64,000 nucleotides of DNA. It comes from Cenococcum geophilum. Its lineage: Eukaryota. The stretch covers positions 13,640,001 to 13,704,000 of the forward strand of contig CP158635.1 of the NCBI GenBank assembly GCA_050273025.1. Reading direction: 5' to 3'. Position numbers and translations under genes: made by a program. Shown piece by piece: positions 12,781 to 25,300 of this stretch (within the stretch, counting starts at the first letter, position 1; the number at the start of each line of letters is the position of its first letter). The notes below the pieces were generated by a model, which was given only the letters and a program-made list of their open reading frames with translations, had not been told where the DNA came from and did not search any database.

Positions 12781-15700
12781 TTTTAGATTCTTTAGTAGCT
12801 CCTAAGTAGTCTTATTATAGCCTATCTACTTAACCTTATACTATATTTTATTGTTAATGTCTTTATAACTAATAATTTTTAAAACTTACTATTTATCTTC
12901 TCCTTATCCTCTATACGTGTCTGCTTTATAGGTTAATAGCTTAATATTTCTATATACTAGCTCTAGTATTATAATATGCTGTATAGAGTAGATTTTTATT
13001 TTAGCTAGTAGGTTTAACTTAAACGTAACCAGTAAAATCCTTTATATAATTTTAAAAGGTCCTAGTCTAATATAGTCCAACTTTTTGCTTAGTTATTAAC
13101 TCTTAAAATTTTTATATAGTAGCTATACTTTATCTTCCTCCTTAAGATCTGGTCCCTTAGATCTCTTAGCATTATAGTACCTTTTTATTCTTTTTAATAC
13201 CTTTTTTACTAATTCTATAAGGTCTACATAAAGATTTATTAGTATCTTTATTCTTTTTTTAGCTATACTACTTGTTTTTTTTGCTTATTATAGTAATAAC
13301 AATATTCTTAGCTTATATTTATAATTTGCCTTAAATAGTAAGCCAATGCTTAGTTCGCTTTTTATTCTTAATATACTATAAATAAGTATTCTCTAAGCAT
13401 TCCCACTACTATTGTCCGTCTAAGTATTCTTCCATAAGGAATCTTTTTAGTTAAAGTATTAAGTTTCCTAACTCTTAAACTTTTGTTAGATACCATCTAT
13501 ATATATTTAGTATTTCTATACTATTGCTTATCTAGCGCCTAATATATCCTTATAGGGTATTTTTAATTCTTCTCTTTTAGGTTCTTATGCATTTTATATA
13601 TATTATCCATATATACAATTTATAATAGCGTATAGTGTGCTAGGTGCTTTAGGTCAACTCTTAACTTATTTTTATCTTTAAGTTTAAACCTTTACCGTAT
13701 TAATCTAAACGTTATAACTTTATTCGCGGGTACTAAGATGCGCCTCTTGCTTCTTTAGTCCTCTAATCATTCCTCTAGATCCTTTAATATTATAATTAAG
13801 GCTCCTTTAATATAAGTTATAGCCTTCTCTATAATTAGGTAGTCTTAGATAACTCGTTTATCTAACTATATATAGAAATCTTCCCACTTATTATTATGCC
13901 TTTGCCTATACCACTTTTAGTATAGCTACTAGAGATACGGCTTATCCGTAAAAAAGTATCTTCTTATTACTACATTATAATAGCCCTTTATATATCGTTC
14001 TTTAAACCTAATAGGGATCCCTAGATCCTCTTTATCTTCTAGTTTAGTAAGCTACTTAGCTCTTAGTGTGCCTGCCCTAGGCCTATTAGTAATTCTTTAT
14101 ATAGGTGCTTTGTCTCTTATACAACCTAGTATACTAAATCTCTTATCTAGTTTCTGTTCTTGCTATACAAGGATTCTCTATCTAAACTCCGTTATAGTTT
14201 CTTTTAGTTTACGTTTTATAAGTAAATCCTTAAAGTCTTCTTACTTCTTAATCTTAGTTTATTTAATAGTTCTTATTTATATATTAAAATCTTAGTCCTA
14301 TAGAATTCTCAATCCTAAGCTTACTTCTATCTTAAGCTTAGCTCTAGCCTTAGTCTAACTAGGCTTCTATAGTGTTCTTATCTTAAAAGTTTTATACTTT
14401 TAAGAAACTTTATCCTAAGCTTATTTATATATTACTAAACTAAGCTATTACTCTGCTCTATTAGTTATCGTCCGTTATAGGTCCTTAAGCTTACCTTATC
14501 TTATCTTAAGAATCTTAGTTGTCTTTTATCTCGTCTTAAGATTTTTAAGCCTTTGGCCTTTTGCCTTTATTAAGTGCCGAAGTAGTTCGCTATCCTACTT
14601 CTCTTACGTCTTATAAAGCAATAGATATCGTGTCTAGTGGGGTCTTAATCCCTACTAATGTTTCTTGTTCTATAGTGGAATCATTCTTTACCTCTTTTAT
14701 AATATCTTTAAGGTCTATATACTTTTAGTAAGCTGCCCTTATTACTTTATCGTTACTAAATGTTTTGCCTATGTTAAATTTATTATCCTTAATGTCCAAT
14801 CTGTGAACTGGTTTATTAGTTCCTCTAAACTCTACTAATTTTAGCTCCTATAGCTAATAGCTTGCGCCGTACTTAGCGTCTTTATAAATTTAGTATACGT
14901 TATTATAACAAAACGCAAAACTTTTAATTAAATACTCTTTCGTTCCTTATAGTATATTATTATTCCTTTATACGTATATATTGTCTGCTAGTTTCGTTCC
15001 TTTTACTATATAGTGATTTTAATTACTTTTATAGTCTTTAATATAATAACCTTATTTTCCGTAATTTATATAAGCTCCTTTTTTAAACTATTTTTCTTAC
15101 TATGGAGTTTGCCTAAACGTCTTTTATTATTAAGATCTCTGGTTTAGCCTCTACTCCTTAGACCTTTAATTACTTAATTCTTGTTCTCTAGGTTTCTATA
15201 GTCGTTTATTCTATTTCCTGTTTTCTTTAGTACTACTTAGGTTTATTAGCTTTGCGCTATACTATAGTTTCTAATTTTAACTTTATTATTGCGTGCCCTA
15301 CGCCTTATATAACTATAGAACTCTATCCTAACCTTTCTTAGTCTGCTCTCTTTAGTAGATCCTATTATCAACCTTAATTGCTTAATTAATTAAATCCCTA
15401 AGAGTATCCGCATCTTCCATTAGGATAATTATATCCTAGACTTTTACCTTAAGTCCTTATTTATACTATGCTATAAGCGCCTTATTGTTCTATTTAACTT
15501 ATATTACTAATATCTAAAACTACGTTATATATTTAATTACTAAGGTTCTTTATACTAGGTTTTAAAACTTTCTTTCTACTATAGTAATTGCCTTTAGGTT
15601 TTTAAATATTTGCGTTAAGCGTTCCGCAAACCTATTCTAACTTAAGAATATATATTATACCTCCTGGTTAGTAGTCGTTATACTATGCTCCTATACCTCT

Positions 15701-16553
15701 ATAAGGTAATGTTTAAACCACTTAAGTGCCCTTCCTGTTAAGAATAATCCTACGTAAGCGACTTGATCTATAGGCGTTCCTAGTTTTACCCCTTCCTATA
15801 TAACTTTAAAGTGTATTTATATAAGGAATCCTTTAAGTTTTAACTTCTCCCCTAAGAATCGCTTAATTAAGAGTAGCTTAACCTTAGCTGCTCCGATTCC
15901 ATTAATCCTTTCTTTAAGTATCCTATTATTATCTATTAATCGATTAACTATTTCTTATAGCTATCCAATAGTAACTGGTTGTGAGTTAGTATTTACTATA
16001 CTAGTGTGATTACCTAATCCTAAGGTAGTCGCCGCTGTGGACGCCGTCGTGGCTGCTGCTTTTGGTAGTATGTTGTTTAACTTCTTTTACTATAACCTTA
16101 GTAGTAAATGTGTAATAAAGCCTTGTAGGAAATACTACGGTAAACTTATTAATAGGCTAGGTATATAGGTATAGAATAGTCAATAACGTAAATATAACTA
16201 GTGGAGTGGTTACCTAATAGATTAACTTTAATTATATTCTAAGATTTACTATAAGGAGAAAAGAACTATCCAGGTAGGGACCGTGGTTCTTTAAATACAT
16301 AACTATACTCCTAAAAAATCCTGATTATATATAAGGTACGTCTTATATATAAGGTACGTAGGTTTCTCTTATTCCTCTTATTTAATACGTAGTACGTTAT
16401 ATAACCTTAGTTACCATTCCTCATTATATAGTTCTATTGGCTCCATTCTAGACCGTGCCTTAATTAACCAACTAGCTGCTTTTAACTCCTCTTCTAGTAG
16501 TCGTAACATCGTACTTAAAGCGTCCGTAACACCCTATATATAAATTTTAGTAG

Positions 16554-16746
16554 TGTGACGGCGCTGGAGCGCGTTACCTAGTCAGGGGTTCGCTTAAGAC
16601 TTGGCGTGTATATATAGACGTAGCCTCACCACCTTCTCTTGCTCCTTAGCTTAATATCTTCGTAATACAGCATTCGTTCGCTTGATCTTGCAAGCATTTG
16701 TTTAAGTCTCTGTTGAGACATTTGTTCGATGGTTTGAGCCGTCACA
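16554..16746. mobile_element. Solo LTR (same family as 54578-54772, related to 21950-22136)
   Basis: TGTGACGG...CCGTCACA ends; TSD agtag/agtag. Confidence 0.92.
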
Positions 16747-16852
16747 AGTAGGATATAATGCGGCTCTTTTAGCTTAGTGATTTTTACCGTTAAGAACGGC
16801 TATATGTTACTATACTATTATTGCCAAAATATCGTAAACTCGCGCTAGAGTA

Positions 16853-18133
16853 TAGTGCTAAGATATTAGTCTCCTAATATATAAATTCTTACTAAAATTA
16901 ATATAACTTTAAATAATTATATAACACCGCAGTAATTAAATTAAGCTAAATTAGTATATAGATTATTTAATTATAATTAATACTTTATTTACTAGCCGTC
17001 TACTTTTTTTTACTACCTTTAGCCTTTATTTTATATTATTAATTGGGCGCTATATAAGGCTTTAATTAAGGGCTATCTACGCCTCCTTATATACCTTAAC
17101 TAAACACTTTAAATCCTTTATTTTATCTATTTAAACTTTAAATAAAGCTTAAAACCCTTTCTTTTTAGTACTAGCTAAAGATATTTAACTAGATTTAAAT
17201 TAGGTAAATAAAGGAAAAAAATTAAGGTTTAAATACTATACCTTTTTAACTACTCCCTTATAAGTTTTAATATATAAATTAAAGCATTATCTATCTAGTA
17301 AATATTTAAAGGCTTATATATTGGTATAAAACCGTCTTTTAAGGCCTAGATATAGCTTTAAGCGCTATAGCCATATTTTACTATTAAAGGATCCCTTTCT
17401 ATAGTAATTAACTCTAAGTAACTATTATACTAAAAGTAAGCGTAAACTATCTATAAGATCCTTTTTATTAAACACCTCTTTAATAAATTTATAATGCTAC
17501 TTTTATAAAGATGTTTAAAAGACCTAAATAGGCTTTTTTTCTAAGCCACGTTTATAAAAATATTTATTAAAAAACTTAACTTTTTTAAGGCAATTCCTTA
17601 TACTTCTAAGCCTAATAAAGCCTTAATTAAGCTGCTGCTAGCGTTAGCTTTGGTTTTTTTTTGCACGTCAGTTTATAATATAGTGTTTTTTTTTAAAGAA
17701 ATAGTATAAAGTTCTATATAAAACGGTAACTCTTATAACTTAGTACTTAAGAGCTATATAGTTAATTTAGGGGTGTATATATATAATTTAAATAAGCAAA
17801 CGCTTTTAGTATTAGGTAAGCTTTTTAGGCTCTTTAAGTCTTAATAAAGATTTAAGCGTATAATAGTTTTTTTATTAATTAATTATATTATAAACAGTTA
17901 ACTAATTTACGCGATATTCTATAGTAATTTTAAGCTTTAAAACCTTAGCCTCTAACGTAGTAATAATTCTAGCTCTTATAGTCTCTAAAAGCTTAGCTTT
18001 AGGCCTTTTATTTTTACTAATTTTAGTACTAAATAAGTGTTATATTATAGTATAAAAAGGTTATAATCTTTATATTAGAATTTTAATAATTGTGATTTTA
18101 TATTTATATTAGAAAACTAATATCTTAGCACTA
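16853..18133 (-). mobile_element. IS630/Tc1-mariner transposon, copy 1 (1281 bp), heavily RIPed
   Basis: TIRs (C/T)AGTGCTAAGATATTAGT, TA TSD, de-RIPed DNASIH and PYSPDLNP motifs on the minus strand. Confidence 0.88.
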
Positions 18134-18566
18134 TAAGCCCGCGTATTCCCTACTAATATTAAAACTATATACCCCCTATAGCCCTACTAATATAGCTTTA
18201 TAGTTTATAAATAGAGGCCTAGTTTATAACTTTATTCTAGGGCTATAAAATAAGCCTTTATTTATATAAATTGGACTAATATTAGTGGAATTATATAGGG
18301 TGCTTTATAACGTCTAAAAAAAACATAATTTAAGGCTCTACGCTAACTAATTTAACCCTTAACCTCCTAAAATAAGCACCCCCTATAACTCCACTAAAAT
18401 AGCCATAAATTATATAAATAAGGGCTTATTTTATAGCCTTAAAATAAAACTATAAAATAGGCCTCTATTTATAAACTATAAAGCTATATTAGTAGGGCTA
18501 TAGGGGGTATATAGTTTTAATATTGGTAGGGGGTACGCGGGCTTATAGTGCTAAGATATTAGTTTC

Positions 18567-18759
18567 TATAACCGACTACCAGACCTTGCATATTACCCTG
18601 TTTCACCTGCGTCAGCACTACCCTCGTATGTCTCAGATACGTTAGAAATGAGTTATAGGCTTTGGAGTTCGGGGTCTACTTTTATATATTTATATCACTT
18701 GATTTCCATAAATTTACAATTAAGTTACTTATTCAATTCCACACACTGCAAAGCTTATA
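18567..18759. mobile_element. Solo LTR inserted in the Tc1 copy 2 TIR
   Basis: tataac...cttata (RIPed TG...CA) with 5-bp TSD gtttc/gtttc. Confidence 0.75.
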
Positions 18760-21700
18760 GTTTCCTAACATAAATATAAAATCGCAATTATTAAAATTCT
18801 AATATAAAGATTATGGCCTTTTTATACTATAATATAACGCTTATTTAATACTAAAATTAGTAAAAATAGAAGGCCTAGAGCTAAGCTTTTAGAGATTATA
18901 AAAGCTAAAATTATTACTATATTAAAGGCTAGGGTTTTAAAACTTAAAATTACTATAAAATATTATATAAATTAGTTAATTATTTATAATATAATTAATT
19001 AATAGAAAAACTACTATATACTTAAATTTCTATTAAGACCTAAAGATTTTAAAAAGCTTACCTAATACTAAAAGCGTTAATTTATTTAAATTGTATATGT
19101 ATACTTCTAAATTAACTATATAGCTTTTAAGTACTAAATTATAGGGGTTACTATTTTATATAAAACTTTATACTATTATAGTGCTGTAATAAAGTAGACT
19201 AAATAACTATGTTATAGTATAAAGAGGGGAAGAAGGTGGAAAGGGGGTATTATATATAAATAGTAGGGCTAGCCGCTAAGTCACTAGTGGTGGGCTAGCT
19301 AATAGTAGGAAATAGTATACATTAGGTTAGTGCCGTAACAGTACTCCTTTCCCCTAGATAGTTTAGTCCCTAAACTAAATGGATAACTTAAAAATAGGCA
19401 GTATACGGGGTTGCCTATTTTTTACTGCAAAGATATTAGTTCTACTTACTACCCTTAACTAAGCTAATAGTGATTTTCTATACCGGGTATAGAAAATCCT
19501 AATTGGTTAGTTTAGTAAGTAAGGTTGGTAGAACTTTATACTACTACCTAAATCAATCCGCATAGCGTTTCTTAGCAAGAATTTAGCTAATTAAATAACT
19601 TTAACCGTTGGTTAAAGTTCTATAATATCTTAACTACCACAAATTTTAATACGGTGGTCAGCTATGACCTTAGCGTGACTTTTCCTTATTTTATACCTAG
19701 TCTGGGGTTTTTAGCTTCTTAGGGTATTACTTATAGAAGCGCTATATAGCTTGTTTATAACCCTTTAGGTTTTCCTTTAGCTACTAGGTTATATCCTTAT
19801 AATATTTCCATTTAATCTTATAAGTTAGGCCCTAGGGGTCTTCGTTATATATATTAAGGATTTTCTTAAACTCCTATTTATCTTCTATATTGCCGTTATT
19901 ATCTCTTTCTACCACTCGTCCTTATATATTACGGCGCTCTATAGTATTAATATTTGCTTAGCTAGGGATCTCTTTAGTAGCCTAAAGGCGGACCTTAAAT
20001 ATATAAAAGGATTTATTTACTTAGATGTAGTTTAGAAGGTTTACTATAACTACCTTTTAGTATACTGCGAGTACGGGGTATAGGCCGTCCCATTTATCGT
20101 CCTATTTCTTCTTAAATCTATTTATCTTTATATTTTCTAAGCTAACTATAACTATATTGCCTTTGTAGAATAACGCGCTCTTATTCCTATAGGTATTAGT
20201 ATTATCTTTATAGCGTTACTATAAAATCTAGGCTAGGGCCTTAAGCTGTATTAATATCCGCTTAAAGCAGTTAGCCATAGAGTCTGCGTGGAAGAACTCC
20301 TTCTTTACTTATATTAATAGTGTTAGTAAGTAGGGGCTAGTAGGCTCGATTTTGAGGTAAGGGTTAAAGCTATAGTTTGCAAAAAATAGGGAGATGCCTG
20401 TACTCTTGTTAACTTAGTTATTTATAGCAAACTTAGTAGGCGGTAGGTAGTTAACCTAGTTGTCCTATATAAAGCTAACAAAAGTATAAAGGTATTTATT
20501 TACGGCAGCGTTAATAATTTTAGTTTAGCCGTCCGTTTTTAGGTGCTAGGCTAAGCTTAGTCACAAGATTGTCTTAAGGCGTTTACTTAGTTATTACTAG
20601 AAGTCGCTAATAAATTATATGCCGCGATTAGAAATAATCGTGCTTAGTATATTATAGAGCTTATATACGTTATTAATAAAGCTATTAACTAGCTCCTTTA
20701 TTAAGAGTCCTATTACTAGAACAAGGTATTATATTTTAGTTAAGTGGTCTATAATAATAAGGATATATTTATATGCCTTGCCGTGGCGTTAGTATACTAG
20801 TAGCGTTATAATATAGTTAATTAAGATATTGGTTTATGGGCGGGTAGGTAATTTTAATAGCTTTAGAAAACCGAGCGGGGTAGAATAAGGGGTCTTAGTA
20901 TAAATATATAGGGTATAGTTTTTAATTAAGGTAGCCGTAAACTAGGAGATTCCTAGCTACTAGTATATTTGGTTTAAGAGGTTAAAAGTCTTAACCTAGT
21001 TAGGGTAATTAGTAGGGTTACTACTATAAAAGTAATAGGTAACTTCTAGGTGGAGGTTTAGGGTATTAGGGATAAAGAGACGTTAGTAGAAGTAAATCTA
21101 TCTGTTAATAATACTATATTTTAATTTATTATAACGAAGTAATTTCTTAATCTTTTTTAGCTAATAGCGAGCTTTCCAATTACGTAGGGCTGTTACTATA
21201 TCTTTTACAAGTTTGTTCTTCTAGTATCCTAGCTAGATTAACTTATCTAGTAACTTTTTAGCTATTTTAGGGTTTAAAGCAGCTATAAACTCCGCGTTAT
21301 TATAATTATGGGACTTATATAGTAATTCTTTTAAGATTATAGGGTTAACTTTCTAGGGCGGTATAATGACTTAGGCTTAGTAGCGGAGGTGTTTATTATT
21401 AGCGTCCTTAGACCTTATTCTTAGTAGCTAGCTTAGGGTATTAGGGAGCGTAGCTTTGCTTTTAGGTCTATATATAATTATAAAGTTAAACTATAAAAGG
21501 AACTCTGCCTACTAGACTTAGTGCTAATTTAGCTACTTAGTAGTTATAAACGTCTATAGGTTCTTATAGTTGGTAATAATTTTAAATAGCTTCTTAGTCC
21601 CTTATAGCTTAGGACGCTATTCCTTTAAAGCCTTAATAATAGCTAAGAGTTCTTTATTATAGATCTTATAGTTATACTCTAGCGTAAAGTACTTTATAGA

Positions 21701-21949
21701 AAAGAATGCGACCGGCCTTAATTTTCCGTTATTATTATATTAGGAAAGGACTCCGCCGGAAGCCTAATTTAATATATCTATTTCTACCACTGTTTTCTTT
21801 ATATAGTTATAGTATACTAATACTAGTGCTAAAGTAAAGGCTCCCTTAAAGGCCTTAAACGATTTAGCTTATTTTAGTCCCTATAGCTATCTAATATCCT
21901 TCTTTAAGAGTTTTATTATAGGTATAGCGATAGTAGAGTAGCCTTAAAT

Positions 21950-22136
21950 TGTTACGGCTCGAACAAATGCCTCTGAACCGAAGCTTGAACGAATGCTGTA
22001 TTACGAAGATACTAAGCTGAGGAGCAGAAGGAGGTCGAGGAAAGGACAGGTCTATATACACGAGCCAAGCCTCTAAGCGAGCCCCTGACTAGGCTGTATG
22101 TAGACGTCGTAGGGGCGGTGCCCTAGCGCCGTCACA
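21950..22136. mobile_element. Solo LTR, opposite orientation to the related 16554-16746
   Basis: TGTTACGG...CCGTCACA ends; TSD taaat/taaat. Confidence 0.9.
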
Positions 22137-22380
22137 TAAATAAATTATTAGTAGAAGTTCGCGAAGCTAAGAAATTGTTATAGTTCTTTAATTAATATCG
22201 GGTCCTTTTATTTCTGTAAGGCCTATACCTTCTTAGGGTCTATAGTTATGCTATTAGTTAAGATAATTAAGCCAAGGTATTTTGTTTTAGTAAAGTAGAA
22301 CTTAGACTTATTAATATTAATCTAAAGTCTAGTATTACCGAGTCTTTAGATGACTTTATTTATATACTTAGTATACTTAG

Positions 22381-25300
22381 TATAACGGAACCTTGTAGTA
22401 AGAACTACGATAAGTTCTATTAATGGGCTAGGTATGTAGGTATTGTAAGTAAGTCAACAACGTAATAACAACTGGTGGAGTGGTTGCCTAACAGATTAAC
22501 TTCAATTATATTCTAAGAATTACTACAAGAAAGGAACTATCTAGGTAGGGACTAAGGGTCTTAAATACACAACCGTACTCCTATAAAATCCTTCTTATAT
22601 ATAATGTACGTCTTATATATAAGGTACGTAAGTTCCTCTTATTCCTCTTATTTAATACGTAGTATATTATATAACCTTGGTTACCATTCCTTATTATATA
22701 GTTCTACCGGTTCCATTATAGACCGTGCCTAAATTAACCAACTAGCTTCTTCTGACTCCTCTTCTAGTAGTTGTAATATTGTACTTAAAGCGTCCGTAAC
22801 ACTATCTCCCTCCTTTTTATCTTCGTCCTTAAAGATTTAAAATATCTCTAAGTTATTTACTAGAGGTATAAGATCCGTCTAATTAATTTGGTTAATATTA
22901 TTACTTATTATACCTAAAGCAATTTCTTCTTTACACGCCCAACGTCGTGCCCGTACTATTGCTGCGATATTATCTCTTAGTAAGATTATACCGTCTCTAT
23001 GTTCTCGTTATATAAAAGAGGGGTTAGTTTATATTACATTGGCAAGTCCTTCTTCGCAACAACTATTCTCTTGCTTAGAGTGCACTAAAGCAAATATTCA
23101 TTTGTCCTATGACGTTCGCTCTACCTCTAATGCTAAATATGCGCGACCTATTACCCTTAATAGTTATCTAGTTCCCTAATTAATTTATCTTAGGGTCTCG
23201 TGTTTAATCTACTGCTGCGCAGCTAGATAGTAAACTGTCTTAAGCCCTTACTAAGTTAAAATATTCTCGTGATGCGGAACAGAAGGCCCTAGATGCTCGC
23301 ATTACGGCGTCTACTTAACTGCTTCGTCTTAAGAAGGTTTATAAGAAGGTTTATTCTAAGGAGTGGAAGCTTATAGAACAAGGTCTTTAGGAACTGGGTA
23401 ATAAGAGAACTAACTCTCTTTCTGTAATAAAGGGAACAACTCTAAGTAGTTCGGCAGTTGCTCTTCCTAGGTCCCCCTTAGGTAACTTATTCTTTAATAC
23501 TCCTTTCTTATTAATATTGCCTAACCTATTTTCCTCCAATACTCCTATACCTTTCCTATAGCGTTTCTTAAATTCTCTAGTAGCTCCTAGGTAGTCTTAG
23601 TATAGCCTATCTACTTAACCTCGTACTATGTTTCGTTGTTAATGTCCTTATGGCTAACAATCTTCAAAACTTGCTATTTGTCTTCTTCTTGTCCTCTATA
23701 CATGTCTGCCTCATAGGCTAATAGCTCCACATTCCCATGCGCTGGCTTTAGCATTGCGATATACTATATAGGGTAGATTTTTATTTTGGCTAGTAGGTCT
23801 AATTTAAACGTAACTGGTGAAATTCTCTATGTAATTTTAAAAGGTCCTAGTCTGACGTAATCCAACTTCTTGCTTAGTTGTTAACTTTTAAAATTTCTGT
23901 ATAGTAGCCATACTTTATCTCCCTCCTTAAGATCTGGTCCCTTAGATCTCTTAGCATCGTAGTATTTTTTTATTCTTTACTGTACTACCTTAGCTATTTC
24001 CGTAAGGTTTGCATAAAGATTTATTAAAGTCTCTATTCTTTACTTAGCTCTACTACTTATCTTCTTTACTTAACGTGGCGATAATAATGTCCTTAGTTTA
24101 TATCCGTAATTCGCCTTAAATGGTAACGTACCTATTTCTTCTTATAGTGTTATATTATATGTAAATTGTATAATTAGTAATAGCAATACCCAATTATTCT
24201 GTGCATAATTAACGTAATGCCTTAGATACTGTTCTAGTGTCTAGTTTAATCTTTCTGTTTAACTGTCTGTCTGCAGATAATACGCGGTAGAAGTTACTAC
24301 TTAAACTCCTTATTCTGCCAAGAATACCTCCTAAAATACTGCTATAAATCTTGGATCTCTATCCGATATAATTTTACCTAGTGTTCTATGTCTTACGAAC
24401 ACTTCTTTAATATAGATTTTAGCGATATCTTCTGCTGAGATTTCTTCCGTATAGGCTATAAAGTATTCCTACTTTATAAGCTTGTCTACTATTACTAGAA
24501 TCGCGTTATGATTCTGTCCGGTAATAGGATCTCTTAACTTTAGTAACTTAATAATAAAGTCCTATAATATAACCTCCCATGGTCTCTTTAGTATTTTAAT
24601 AGGTTGTAGCCCTCTATATAGCTTATGCCTTATTAGTTTATTTCTTTAGCAATCTAGATACTCTTTAGTGACCTTTCTAGCTATCTTTTAGATTCCGTTA
24701 ATAATATACTCCTCCTAGAGTCTTAATACTAAGCCCGTTACTCTATTATGTCCTTAAGTTAGTTCCTTATAGAATTCCTCTATAAACTACTCTGCTATAC
24801 TCTTTGGGATATACTTTGTTTTTTGGTTTTCGTATATATCTAACTATAGATCTTCTAGTTATACTTCTAGAATCCTTTATACCTAAAAGCTTTCTAGTAT
24901 CTTATAAACTTTTTCTAACTTATTCTCTTAAGTTACTGCAATCTTTAAATAATTATACCTAATCAATCCGTCTGTGTCTTTTCGTAGTAAAGCCCCTAAT
25001 GGCTTATCGTTATTTTATAGTTTAGTCTTTCTACTTAAAGTATCCGCTTATACGTTCTCTATTCCCTTAGTATACTAAATTTTAAAATAGTATTCTATAA
25101 GCATCTCTGCCCATCTAACCTATCTTTAATTAAGTTCCTTTATTATTAGGAATCCTATTAGGTTCTTATAATCCGTTTTAACTATAAATGGTTTTTTTAT
25201 ACCTTGTAAGAATGCTTTTTATTTTTTTAGTGCTGTAACTATACCTAATAACTCCTTGTTATAGATGTTATAGTTTAACTCTAGTGGTATTATCTTTTAA

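Larger units (their letters stand above)
5908..16531 (-). mobile_element. Ty3/Gypsy chromovirus, copy B (LTRs 5908-6328 and 16111-16531); ~2.8 kb of pol deleted; contains a nested Copia
   Basis: Two 421-bp LTRs; TSD cccca/cccta (RIP difference); PPT at 6329. Colinear with copy C but jumps from C ~24130 to C ~26935 near 13340. Confidence 0.93.
4828..16812 (-). mobile_element. IS630/Tc1-mariner transposon (~1.15 kb of own sequence; transposase ~5864->4990), expanded by a nested Gypsy and a solo LTR
   Basis: TA-CAGGTG left end and an imperfectly matching right end (...gttacta-TA, shared ccg.t.tcgacgg core). De-RIPed MGRRLFDEVVYRI..., VFLDESAANERT...YGWS and ERWSLLPALTVDGY..FQGSIT. Confidence 0.75.
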
